The position numbers were made by a program, and so were the translations under genes. DNA of 64,000 nucleotides from Octopus sinensis (lineage: Eukaryota): the NCBI RefSeq assembly GCF_006345805.1, contig NC_043013.1:58900001-58964000 (forward strand), given 5' to 3'. Shown here piece by piece: positions 51,241-64,000 of the stretch; the first letter of the stretch is position 1, and the number at the start of each line of letters is the position of its first letter. The notes under the pieces are model-generated. The model worked only from the letters and a program-made list of their open reading frames with translations, had not been told where the DNA came from and ran no database searches.

Positions 51241-54131
51241 TTATCTATATGTAGCTTCCTCAAAAACCACAATATTATCAACATCACCATTTAATATCTA
51301 CCTTCCATGCTGGAAAGAGTTAGACTGTTTGACAGGAACTGTGAAGTCAGAACACTCTGCTAAGCTCTATTGTCTGCCTTGGCATGGTTTCTATCATTCC
51401 TGATCCCAAACACTTTATAGTGTGTACAGGGTCTTTTGCAGTGAAATTACCAGGAAACTTGCAAGACAAGATACTTCAACTGAGTGGGGAGTAACACTGA
51501 GTGGAATGGTTTGTGCTAGGTGATGAGTAATTAAAGCAGTTCTTTTCAAATGAGGTCCATATGACCTTTGTGGGTTGATAAAATGGGTTGTTGTGAAAAA
51601 TTATGTTAATAAAATTGGTTATACTTCTGTGATATACAAAATATTTCAGTAGCTCTTTTTACAATTATTAATAAATGCAATTTTAAAAATCTAATAAGGA
51701 TTTTTTAAAACACTGATTGTCTATGAGAGCCCCCTCCTGAGTAAAACAGGGATTAAGGTGGTTCATAGGTGAGAAACGGTTGAGTAGCACTGGGTTAGAT
51801 TATGAAGAGAGGGATAGACATAGGTGATAAAGTGGTTTCATGCAGGCATGGCGTGGATTCGATTGTTGATCGCCAAATTTCACTTAACAGTTCAACAGCA
51901 CTTTTCTCACGCTAAAACAATAGTTTTTCTGTGAGTGACAGCAGTTACATTAACCAAATGCCTAAGCTAAGCAGAATAATGTCTTTGTCACTTGACCCTC
52001 CGGACCTCTTCCAAGCCACCAAAAGTTAGAATTGAGATAACAGGTACCACCAATGAAATTTATACATGTGCTTGCCCAGGCACTCACATACAAGCACACA
52101 CATAATTTCTATTTGGAATCATTGAACATAAACTGGTGATTATTGACCTTTCAATAAAGGCTTGAATGGATTGAGAGGCATATGATAAACTGGAGAAGGA
52201 AGCATGGATTTAAACTCTGCCTTATTAGTTGCTCATTGGTGAAATAGCATAAAAATATTGGTTATGGTTAAGATTTCTTAATTAATTAAAGTTTTCATAT
52301 GGAAAGCTGATTCGGCAATATCAGTTTCTATATTAGTGTATGCATCTTTAGTGAAATGATGATGAACTCTCTTACAATATGACTATATGAATTGCTGAAA
52401 TTATGGTATATTGTAAATTTCACGAATATTTGAATGACAGGAAAGCTATCCTATTTCCTAACATGCAGATTTATTTTTCCCAAAACATTTGATTAATTGG
52501 TTATGTTTGTTTGGAAAACGGGAATGCCTCAAATTTTAGAGGAAGTGGTTAATTGATTAAGTGATCTTATTACTTGGTTGGCACGTTTTTATCAACCATG
52601 AAACTGAATTTGAAACTAGAATATAAAGAGCTGGTAGAAATATTGGAAGGTATTTTGCCAACACTAACAATTGTGCATCTCACCGTCTTAAGTTAAATAG
52701 ATTGAAATCTGTGAATGAATTTTGATGAATTTCTTGTGTAGTTTTAATTATTTAAGTTGGTCTCACATAGCCTGCATTTATATCTTTCTTGAGACATGTA
52801 GAAGTTTCCATTTGCATAATACTTGGCTGTAATATAAATGGTTTACAGAAAGAATTGCTACTTGTCACTTCAAACATACAGTAGTGAACTGATATTAAAG
52901 CCAAAGTTTTCCTTTTGTTACTATTAAGATTTTTTAAATTTTTACTTTCAGGGTTTAAAAATGAATGATTATACTTATGGATTTACATGCGGACTTTTGT
53001 TTATTTTATATCCTTCTTGAATATACAAATTTCACGAAGCATGGATAGACACAACTGTTTTCACACAACCTTTTTGAAGTGATATAACATAGTCATAATG
53101 TCATTGTCTAAAATGAGAGTCACTTCACAGTACATTGTTGTGGCCATATGTTTCATTGTTTGGTGGGGATGGGAGACAGTGCAAGTGGGAGGCTTGTGTA
53201 ATGTTTGAAAAAGAAATTCAAGAATTTCATAGTTTCTACACTGGGAGAGATTCCTCTTTGGATTTACTGATTACCTTGATGTCAGTGAGATTGCCCTTGT
53301 CAAACAAGAGATTTGTTCATGTGTTCCTCTGAAGAGAAAAAAAGACTAATATTTTATCTTTCATGAAAAAAGCTTCTGTGCAGTGTTCTTTCTGCTTATA
53401 AAATCTTCATACTTGGTGATTTCAATGAAAGCATTTGCAGGGATAAAAAAAAAATTGGGATATAATTGGGAAACATGAAGCCAGAAAATGCAATAGTAAT
53501 GGCTTGTTTAGTACTGCAAATGTATGATGTGTTTGATTTTTGCATATACTGGGTAACTGTCAATCTCCTAGTGTGGAGCATGCTGTATTTGAGCACCAAA
53601 TATGTGGGAGTATTTATGTGATCAAGATGAAAGGCAATTAATTTCTGTTTGGTGAGTTGGCCCTGAGGAAAAATCTAGGCAACAAATTGAAATTAAGGCA
53701 TGAAAGTCATTAGAGACACTTAGAGGATCTAGATCAAGTTAGAGGAACTGAAGACATCACTAAGTTTTTGATGGAAAAAAATTGGTTCATGTTGGAATGA
53801 GTGAATTTGAATGAATTTCAATAAAATTTTGTGCATGAAAAGATTGAGAGAGATTTTTGAAAGGGTCTTAATATTAATTTTGCTGTGAATGTTTCCATTG
53901 TGAGTTTTGCTTCAAGAACTACATGACTAAATTAAATCCCAAATTATACATTTAAATTATTTGTAAATTATTATAATGTGAATATCTGATATTTAGTTGA
54001 CATGCCTTTTGCATTTTTGAATGCAAGGACCCTAACAGGCATGCTACTGATCAGATGAATATTCTCTTGAGGATTTTCTTGCCAAGTTTCATGCAGATCT
54101 GGCTTTAAGGATGCTTTCTTTTTCTTTTTAG

Positions 54132-54310
54132 GAAGTGTCTAACACATCATTCCTCAGAGGTGTTCAGTAATGCCATTGTCTTCCAACCAATCTTGGGTAT
54201 ATTTAGCTGTGCAAGAAAGCCCTATCCTCCATAAATAGTGTTCTTTAATCATTTCACCATTGGATGAGATAGGAAGAATGCCTTGTATTATAGATACCAA
54301 ATGGCCAAAG
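54132..54310 (+). other. Candidate exon, non-coding or 5'UTR-containing
   Basis: Acceptor ttctttttctttttag| at 54131 and consensus donor AAG|GTAAGT at 54310/11; stops in all three frames. Confidence 0.3.
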
Positions 54311-55112
54311 GTAAGTGGTTTTTCTTATGTTGGTGAGGGTTTGCTGTTAAGATTGGTTTTCAGGGTTTAGTCTATATTAGGGTCAGCTTGGGGATTTGTG
54401 AACGGTTTTTAGAGAGAATAGTTAGGTAAGAGATCAAAGTTTGGGCTTTGGGGTGATGAGGAGGGTAGAGATTGAACAGGTTTATTTCGAGTGTTGATCA
54501 CTGTTTTATATCGGGTTTAGCATTGAAAAGCAGGGATGAGGGCTAAGGTTAATGCTTTGTGCGATCATGCCTCATCCCCTACTAGAATAGGAGAAATATA
54601 ACCACGGAAAGCATCATATAATTCGTTCTTCTATTGTTAACCATCATTCACAGTACATCTTGAGTTCATGTTACACATATTTGTAAAGATGTTACGGTTA
54701 CATCACGAAATGGTCTAGTTACATAATAATATTCATTGCTGCATAAGAAGATATTTCTGATACGTCCTGTTATTTATATGCGGTTCAATAATTTTCTTGT
54801 ACACTTGCAACTTTGAGATTTCTCTTTCCACTATCAATTATAATTTTATTCGTTGATCCTTTTTTGTTCCTGCAACCCTTGCTTTGCTTTGTAGATATCA
54901 CTACCCATTGGACAGCTGAGCAACTGGCCGCACCAATGAAAGTGTCACACGAGAAGGCCCGCTGCCCCATCATCTCTGCAGCTGGAAAGAGTGAGGATTG
55001 GGCTTAATTTGAACTGAGATGGTCAGACTACAAACAAGCCACTTATCTCACAAGTAACGATGTAGTCTTTCAGCTTCTCGAATGTTGCAATGAGACCCCC
55101 AGGAAAGATCTC

Positions 55113-55255
55113 TCATGTACTTATTCTATCGGTCTCTTGCCGAACTGCTAATTTACGGGGACGTAAACACACCAGCATCGGTTGCCAAGCGATGGTAGGG
55201 GAAAACACAGACACACTCATACACGCAAAGACACACACACATATTTATAAATACA

Positions 55256-55291
<36 letters not shown>

Positions 55292-55309
55292 TGTATGTAT
55301 GTATGTATG

Positions 55310-55387
<78 letters not shown>

Positions 55388-55394
55388 ATAATAT

Positions 55395-55428
<34 letters not shown>

Positions 55429-55592
55429 CGATGGGCTTCTTTCAGTTTCTGATCGTGAAATCCACTCACAAGGCTTTGGTTGGCCCGAGGCTATACTAGA
55501 AGACACTTGCCCAAGGTGCCACGCAGTGGGACTGAACCCAGATTAATGTGGTTGGTAAGCAAGCTACGTACCACACACCCACTCTTGCGCCT
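55113..55592 (-). mobile_element. Family A SINE, 3'-truncated, interrupting the Gypsy gag remnant
   Basis: Same head and body as the 12635 and 43608 copies; internal (ATGT)n/(TA)n. Confidence 0.88.
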
Positions 55593-55595
55593 TTT

Positions 55596-55952
55596 ATTCT
55601 TTGATATGTTTCATCTTTGAGGCTCCGGCATGCTAGGGCACCGCCAATGGAGTCACGCTTTAATTGGCCAATTCTATGGGTTTGGCATTTGGCGAAGGAA
55701 GGAGTTTTATACCGCTGTCCTCTTGAGTTTCCTGCCTTGATATTGATTTATCTGAGATATTGGATAGCAAGAAGTCAAGTTGTTTCTTGAAAATATCTAC
55801 TCCGACTCCATGGAGATCCCTCCGATATTTTGGCGAGGAGTTAAATAGCTGTGGTCCTTTGAATCCCAAGCTATTGCAGTACACGGTCCTCGCCTCAGAT
55901 GAGACAGCTGGGACTTTTTCGAACAGTGCAGTGAGGTCCATTACGAGGTCTG
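55596..55952 (-). mobile_element. CR1/L2-type LINE 3' end
   Basis: RTVYCNSLGFKGPQLFNSSPKYRRDLHGVGVDIFKKQLDFLLSNISD..SRQET resembles the CR1-like ORF2 C-terminus; followed by a GGCGGTGCCCTAGCATG tail. Confidence 0.75.
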
Positions 55953-55965
55953 GTATTATTCTCAA

Positions 55966-55996
<31 letters not shown>

Positions 55997-56148
55997 TGTA
56001 TGTATGTATGTATGTATGTATGTATGTATGTATGTATGTATGTATGCATGCATGCACGCACACGGGTATGTGTGTGCATGTGTATTGCGCGCGTCTACAT
56101 GTGTGTATGTATTTATGTGTGTGTTAGTGTGAGGTTTAAGTTTAGGGC

Positions 56149-56358
56149 CATAGTGTTAGTGGTCACTGTCTTCTTTCTCTTCCCTACACAATTACTTCGA
56201 CCTATGTCCACCTTGTTCGTCTTATTATGTCTGCTACTTTTCGTTCACCTTGTCAATACTGAACGAAAAGTAGCAGACATAATAAGACGAACAAGGTGGA
56301 CATAGGTCGAAGTAATTGTGTAGGGAAGAGAAAGAAGACAGTGACCACTAACACTATG
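56149..56358. repeat. Perfect hairpin: 99-bp arms, 12-nt loop
   Basis: 56149-56247 is the exact revcomp of 56260-56358. Confidence 0.97.
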
Positions 56359-58111
56359 TCAACACATGTCAATACTTTAATCTCTTCCTTAGCAGGTTTC
56401 GTTCCTTCTTGATGTAGAAGATATCTAGTTATATTTCACGTCCCCTTGTGACAAATAATTAATTAATCACACCCCATTCCCTACTAGAATCGTTGAAATG
56501 TAACCAGGTATTGTAACATGTAGTTTTACTCCTAATTTTAACCACTGGACACTCCTACTACACGTATTCATGAAGATGTTATGTTTAAATCACGAAAAGG
56601 AAGAGGTGTGATATAATGATTCTCATTGTAGTGTAAGGATATATTTCAAATACCTCTTGTTATTTATGTGTGGTTAAAAAGTTTTCTTCTATCTTGATTC
56701 GGGGGATTAAGAACTACAGAAATAGTAGTTAAAAAAGTAGTAAAGGGGACTGAATTTTTATTATTTGTCAGTATTCGGAATAATGTAATGTTAGCGATTT
56801 CTTCTGCAACTACGAATTAGGGTTAGGGTTAGGATTAGGTGTAACTCTTGCCATTTCAAAGTCATGTTATGAGTTGTGATTCTAGTTCAGTAAGGGAGAT
56901 AATCTCGAAAGTACTCGGAACAGTAATTCCATTGTAATGAGATTTTTATTTTTAATTAGCAAGGGAGACATATAGGATGCATTTATGTATGATACGCTGT
57001 ATAAATTGTCTCTCTTGTATTATAAGCGTATATGTATGTGGGTGTACGTGAATATGTGGTATGTCTCTGTACATGTTTGTGTATGTATGTCCAGAGTCAG
57101 GGCTTAGAGCTATACCGAAAATGAAGTTGCACTAGCGAAAAAAACAAAGGCCGCAAACGTCAGCTATCCATCTCTTCAATGCTTTCCAACCCATTCCTTA
57201 ACCTTTACCTGAAAGACATGAAAAATTCGTATTTCCCGCACAGAGGATGGTAGTACTTTCAAGTTGCTTGTGTGCAGAACCCTAACCCTAACTGTCACCC
57301 TCAGCTCTAAATCTTAACTCTAAACACTAATCCTAACCCCAAAGCGCAACGCCAAACTAGGAGTAGGTTAGGCTTTAGGGTTGCGTCATGTTTTCGCGTT
57401 GGGTTCGATGCGGATTAGGCTTAGTTGTTTCTCTATCTTACTTTTTCTTTCGTACACAATTATTTCCACATAGGCTTACCTTGTTCGTCTTACAGCTGCT
57501 GCTCGTCATTCACCTTGTCGCTTCCATCTCTGCACATTACTCTTTCCTTTCCTGAACCTATGCACATCTGTCACATTCTTTGCGAAGTGCACAACCCGTC
57601 AATTTGTGTACATCAATTTTTAAACTGGCAAACTTTTCCTCTCCAAGCAAGCTTGTGTAACTCTCGGGTTATTCCTCCCGAAGTCTCCGCAATTGGAGAA
57701 AGTTATGTGAATGGTGACATCCCATGTATACAAGATGTTATATGCAATGTATTGACATCGGTTGGAAAAAGACGAAACAACCTTTACTATTGCGTTCTAT
57801 AGTCATATACTTAACTACAATGCAAAGTCATAACTCGAAATAATATTAATAGCTCCAAAATTACGTCCCTTGCCTGCGAAGGGGGATCATCGCCTTGCAC
57901 CTGCCATTTAGAAAATTGTCAAGAGTTGCATTTCTTGTTTTGGAAGGGAGGTAATATCAAAACGAGTGATAATAGTTTGTGAAATGTTTGATGTTACAGT
58001 TACTTCCCTTAAATTTTTTTTTCTTGTTTTTTTTATGGGATATAACGAGAGTATCTTTCTGTAAGCTACGCTGTAATACCCTAAACCTAACCCCTGAAGC
58101 ACACACACACA

Positions 58112-58155
<44 letters not shown>

Positions 58156-58260
58156 AAATATATAGGCTGGCGAATATTTTTAGAAATTTCACCACCAGTG
58201 GCCTAGTATGTATAAAAAGCCAAAAGACAACATATTGTCAGTATAAAACAGTGTACATTT

Positions 58261-58853
58261 AAACACAAGAGAAAACTACCTTTAACATGTAATTTTTACA
58301 CGCTAGAAGAAGCATTCAAAACCACATTTAAGAGCAATTTTCGAAGGGAATGAAAAATAAAAACTTTTACCTTGTTATTTTACAGTTACACCTAGGTTTT
58401 CAGATTTCTTTAGCAAATATAATAATTTGGTAGGCGAACCCTCATCAGTAACCGTGCCTTAACAGTTAACATATAATTTAGAAACAAATAACGCATGTTT
58501 CATCATTATATGTTATAATTTTTCAAACTTCACTGCGCAAGCAGTTTCAGTCGGCAGTAAATGAAAAATGCCCAACCGATCTTCGAAAAGCTAAAAAACA
58601 TTATGGCATATTGTTATTTGTCTCTAAATTATATGTTAATGTTATGGCACAGTTACTGATGAGGATTCGCATAGAAAATTATTTTATTTGCTAAAGAAAT
58701 GTGAATCTTAGGTATAACTGTAAAAAAATAACAAAGTAAAAGTTTTTATTTTTTATTTCCTTCGAAAATTGCTCTTAAATGTGGTTTTAGTCGTTTTGAC
58801 TGCTTCTGTTAGCGTGTAAAAATTACCTGTTAGAGATAGTTTTCTCGTTTGTG
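58261..58853. mobile_element. ~590-bp imperfect foldback element
   Basis: Long inverted arms, e.g. AAAACCACATTTAAGAGCAATTTTCGAAGG vs CCTTCGAAAATTGCTCTTAAATGTGGTTTT, and CCTCATCAGTAAC vs GTTACTGATGAGG. Confidence 0.8.
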
Positions 58854-61800
58854 TGTGTGTGTGTGTGTGTGTATGTGTGTGTGTATGTGTGTGTGTGTTA
58901 TATGATATTGATGAAACAAAGGTATAAAGTCGACCCAGACGGAATCTGAAGTTGGTACATACATTTTGACAAAGAAGTGCTAAGAATTATTTGCCAGGCG
59001 TTCGAACAATTCTGCCAGCTTATATATATTTATTTAAACATACCTAGACATAAATATATATATATATTTATATATGTCAAGTTTTGTTCCTTTCGATAAG
59101 TAGAAGATATCTTATTATATTTCACGTCCCCTGGTAATAAATATCGAATCATGCCCCATTTCCTACTACAATAGGAGAAATGTAACCAAGGAAGGCAACG
59201 TAGTTCTACTGTTAACCACAGGACACAGAAGGCCTCACATCTGCAATATTCAACAGCCTATGGTTTCTAGTCGACCTCCCTAACGAATCCTCTACCCAAC
59301 TAATAATACTTGACCACCATAAGCATAATGAACCTTGCAAGTCCTGGATACAATACTCTTCCTACACCCATCCCTTCATCACTACCTTCATTCAAGCCGA
59401 CGCAGGCATCGGGTTTCGCCACTTCCCTTTCACGACCGACCCAATTTACCCATTACATCGCTATGGCAGAAACTGGAAGCCAGTCGTGCCTCTCTGGGAA
59501 AAGTCTCCTATCGAAACAGGGCCTGGATTAGGGTGAACTTAAAGTGGTCAACATAACAATGAGTCCCGCTCACAGCAGCTCCATTGATATCATCAATGCC
59601 CTGATCCTACGAATATCTGGGACTGTTCCATCATCTGCAAAGTTCACGAGCCGCCAATTTGTGTACAACTGACAAACATTTTTTCTCTCCAAGCGTGTGC
59701 CACCCTCGTGTTATTCATCCGCAATTCTTCAGAATTGGAGAAAAGTGTGGAAATGTAGGCATCACGACGGAAACATATCGAAACGATGTTATCTACTTCA
59801 TATTGACATCGATTAGAAAAACAGAAAACAACCTATACTATTACGTTGTGTTGTCTAGAAAGGAAACGATTCAATGTATCCATGAGAGACGGGCAAGTTC
59901 TTAACCATTTAATTGGGTATAAAGATGTTTATAATTATGGCCATCGTTTTCGAATTTTCACACTTGTCATGGCAAGAGTTATTTTTCTTGTTTGCAAGGG
60001 AGGTAACTTGAAAAGAAGTCTTGGTATTTTCACAAATTTTAGATGTTAGTGTTACTTCCCTTACAAAGGAATTTATATTTTTGAATTGTGAAATTTTTGC
60101 CTTGAAATATCTTAAATGTGGCAGGAATAATGTATGGACCCAAGGGTATGGGGATGAAGTCGAATCAGATGGTATTAGAACTCGGAACATAAAGTCTAAC
60201 AAACTATCTCATGTATTTTTCTTTAATACACGCACACGTGTTTGTGGATATATCTATATATCTGCGTGTGTGTGTGTAGTGTATTGTTTTCGTTAAGGTG
60301 TATGTATGCGTGTGCGTGTTTGTGTTGGGCGTTTGTACGTGTGTGCGTGTGTGTATTGCGTGTGTATGTATGATTGTATGCATACATGCATGTATGTGTC
60401 TTAGGGTGAGGTTTAGTGTTAGTGCTATGGAGTTCGTCGTCTCTTCGTCTTCTTTCTTGTACATGATTACTTCGACAGAGGGTCACCTTGCTCGTCTTAT
60501 ATCGGCTACTCGTCGTTCACCTTGTCGCCTCCATCTCTGTACTTTCCTATTAAGGCTTGTTCCTTTCGTGAAGTAGAAGATATCTTGTTATATATCACGT
60601 CCCCTGGCAACAAATATTCAACCATGCCCCATTCCCTACCACAATAGGAGGAATGTGAGCAAGGAAGGCAACATGTAGCTCTTCTACTGTTAACCAAGGA
60701 TATAGTAATTTCTTGTTACAAATATTCGTGAAGATATTATGTTTATATCACGAAAAGGACTAGTGGCTACATAATAATATCCGTTGCCGCATAAGGAGAA
60801 GATATCTCCTGTTATTTATGTGTGGTTGAAATGGGGTTTTTTCGACCTTGTTTGTGAGGTTCAAAAGTAACGAAATGGTGGTTAAAGAAGTAGGAAACAG
60901 AACTGTTTCTACTGTCTGTCAGTGCACTCGATAACGTAATATTCGCGACTTCGAGAATTCTCCTTTCACTAGCAGTTACAATTTTATTCGTTGATCATTT
61001 TTTGCCTCTAACCCTTGCCTTGCTTTGTAGACATCACTGCCCATCAGAATGCCTGACAACAGGTAGTTCCAATGAAAGTCCGAGAAGGTCCGCTGCCCCA
61101 TCATCTCCGCAGCTGGAACTAGCAAGAAACGGGCTCACTTTGAACTGAGATGTTCAGACTACACACAAGCTAGTGGACTTAGGTGTAACGAAGTAGTCTT
61201 TCAGCTTCTCGAATGCTGCAACGGGACACTCAGAAAATAGTTTACATGGACGTTCGGTGCGTTGGCCTCTAGTGATGAGCAAACTGTCCTCACTGACATT
61301 ACGTCCATGCTTGTCCGCGAAGAAAATGTGATGGTCGTTCTTGTGCAGGAAGGACAAATGCGCCTGGATCGGGAGGAATCCGTTAGGATATTGTCGTCGA
61401 TGGCAGTGTGCAACCTCAAAGTGGTATGCCCCTGGAACGTCATAGTTCGCGATGTTCTTGTAAGTGTGTCGGAAGACGAGGAGATATTTCTTGACACCAT
61501 GTAAGACATGACATTGGAAGAAGCTCCAAAGTACGTCGAGGTAAAAGAAAGTGGACAACGCTCAGCCAGCTGTCTCATGGGCCCCAGAACTACCCAATCA
61601 CCGCGGATTCCCGTTCATATAAGAACTAGGAGCGGCAACGCGCAGTAAATAAATCCGACAAACTCCATGATATACTCACCACAAACCCCTGCAGTTACTG
61701 CTGAAAATACGATTGAAGACGTCATGTACAGGAACGCATGCGGAAACTCTCTGCCTACAACAAATACCCTAGGTTTGTCATCCTGTTTCACTATGAGAGT

Positions 61801-62234
61801 GTCTTCCGCCGATAACTCCGTCCTCATCTGCAGGTTCTAACCAACGCAGCTGACACAGAAGACCACACTTCTGCCTTATTCAACAGCCTATGGCTTCTGG
61901 TCGACGAATCCTCTTCCCAACATACAATTCTTGACCACCATATATATGATGAAACCTGCTATTTGTGGGGGAAAAATTCTTCCGACTCCCATCTTTTCAT
62001 CGCTACCTTCATACAAGCTGACACACATGCCACGACAGCATCGGGTTTCGTCACTCCCCTTTCACGACCGACCCAAGTCATCTGTCACAACGCTATGGCA
62101 GACACTTGATGGCATTCGGGCCTGGTTGGACGAAGTCTATCGAAACAGGGGCTGAACTAGTGTCAACGTAAATTGGTCAACATGAAAATGAGTGCCGCTA
62201 ACAGCAGCTCCATAGTGCTTTGACCCCAAACATA

Positions 62235-62595
62235 TCTGGGACTACTCCATCATCTGCGAAGTGAACAACCCGTCTATTTGCGTACAACTGAAAAAATTAA
62301 AAGTGTGTAAAACAGAAAATAACCAGAAAAGTGTATATTCTCTTAACTACAAGGGAGGTAACTAAAAAATAACTTTTCGAATTACTTCCCTTGAATTATA
62401 TTACAAAAGACATGACAGTTTAAGATGTAGGTGCGTTTGTTTTTCGCATGCGAAGGGCACACTTGCATTCGTGCAAGATCAGACAATCATACACGTGCAA
62501 ATTTTCTGCTTTTTACTTTAACAAGTAAACGTTGACTCGCGTATAATTTACATTTAATTACACCCGAAAACTATGTAAGATACTCACTATGTAAG

Positions 62596-62655
<60 letters not shown>

Positions 62656-62964
62656 CATATATACATATTTATATTACATACATACATACATACATATATA
62701 CATATTTTATACAACTGAAAAAAATTAAAAGTGTGTAAAACAGAAAGTAACCAGAAAAGTGCATATTCTCTTAACTACATGGGAGATAACTAAAAAAATA
62801 ACGTTTAGAATTACTTCCTTTGGACATGATCATGTGGGTATATGTATGAATGTATGTATTTATGTATATAAATATGTATATATGTATGCATGTATGTATG
62901 GATATAAATGTGTATATATGTATGTATGTATGTATGTATATAAATATGTATATATGTATGTATG

Positions 62965-63003
<39 letters not shown>

Positions 63004-63820
63004 TATATATATGTACATATATGTATGTAAGCATATATATATAGAGAGAGAGAGGATATATGCATGTGTGGGTATGTATATAGTAGTCTGGGACTACTCC
63101 ATCATCTGCGAAGTGAACAACCCGTCTATTTGCGTACAACTGAAAAAATTAAAAGTGAGTAAAACAGAAAATAACCAGAAAAGTGTATATTCTCTTAACT
63201 ACAAGGGAGATAACTAAAAAATAACTTTTCGAATTACTTCCCTTGAATTATATTACAAAAGACATGACAGTTTAAGATGTAGGTGCGTTTGTTTTTCGCA
63301 TGCGAAGGGCACACTTGCATTCGTGCAAGAACAGACAATCATACACGTGCAAATTTTCTGCAGTTTCCTTTAACAAGTAAATGTTGACTCGCTTATAATT
63401 TACATTTAATTACACCCGAAAACTATGTAAGATACTCACTATGTAAGATATATATATATATATGCATACATACATACATATATACATATTTATATAGATA
63501 CATACATACATATATACATATTTATATACAACTGAAAAAATTAAAAGTGTGTAAAACAGAAAATAACCAGAAAAGTGAATATTCTCTTAACTACAAGGGA
63601 GATAACTAAAAAAATAACTTTTAGAATTACTTCCCTTTGGACATGATCATGTGGGTATATGTATGAATGTATGAATGTATATGTATGAATGTATGTATTT
63701 ACGTATATAAATATGTATATATGTATGTATGTATGTATGTATATATGTATATATGTATGTATGTATGTATATAAATATGTATATATGTATGTATGTATAT
63801 ATATATATATATATATATGT

Positions 63821-63863
<43 letters not shown>

Positions 63864-64000
63864 ATATATGTATGTAAGCATATATATATAGAGAGAGAGA
63901 GGATATATGCGTGTGTGGGTATGTATATAGTAGTCTGGGACTACTCCATCATCTGCGAAGTGAACAACCCGTCTATTTGCGTACAACTGAAAAAATTAAA
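62235..64000. repeat. Tandem repeat with ~850-bp unit (two full units plus the start of a third, running off the window)
   Basis: TCTGGGACTACTCCATCATCTGCGAAG starts at 62235, 63087 and 63934 (periods 852 and 847); each unit holds two copies of an ~110-bp subrepeat and microsatellites. Confidence 0.95.

Larger units (their letters stand above)
54564..62290 (+). mobile_element. Cluster of diverged, locally duplicated Ty3/Gypsy remnants (LTR-like segment, gag, protease)
   Basis: LTR-like block GTAGAAGATATC..CACGTCCCC at 56413, 59100 and 60573 (partial at 54564); gag PIISAAG..VVFQLLECCN..LVREENVMV..DMTLEE at 54950-55110 and 61080-61580; protease AMAETGSQSCL..IINALILRISG..RQFVY..TDKHFFS at 59220-59740 and 61850-62290. 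Confidence 0.75.

Overview
AT-rich, microsatellite-dense metazoan DNA made almost entirely of decayed mobile elements. I found no intact host protein-coding gene, rRNA, true tRNA or CRISPR array. The tRNA-headed SINE families and the (TA)n/(TAA)n/(TACA)n load look like octopus (cephalopod) DNA; this is an inference from recall, not a database match. Contents: two near full-length but disrupted endonuclease-positive Penelope-like elements (PLEs: RT plus C-terminal GIY-YIG; ~130-4300 minus, ~39140-41810 plus), several R4/Dong-type RLE LINE fragments, mostly sitting in (TAA)n, CR1-type and RTE-type LINE fragments, two mariner remnants and one Tc1 remnant, two Gypsy remnants, many SINEs, two foldback MITEs, a piggyBac-like TIR pair with cargo, and an ~850-bp tandem repeat at the right end. 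The most interesting signal is non-coding: three sequence-unrelated minimal type I hammerhead ribozyme motifs (15996-16043, 43177-43273, 48551-48597 plus its mirror copy) and one relic. One is a U3:A8 covariant inside a (TA)n-flanked cassette bounded by a 13-bp target-site duplication, which suggests a small non-autonomous ribozyme-bearing mobile unit serviced by PLEs. A second recurring signal is perfect foldback (template-switch-like) inverted duplications at 756-1097, 12589-12660, 48468-48625 and 56149-56358. All structures were derived by eye and none was tested computationally.
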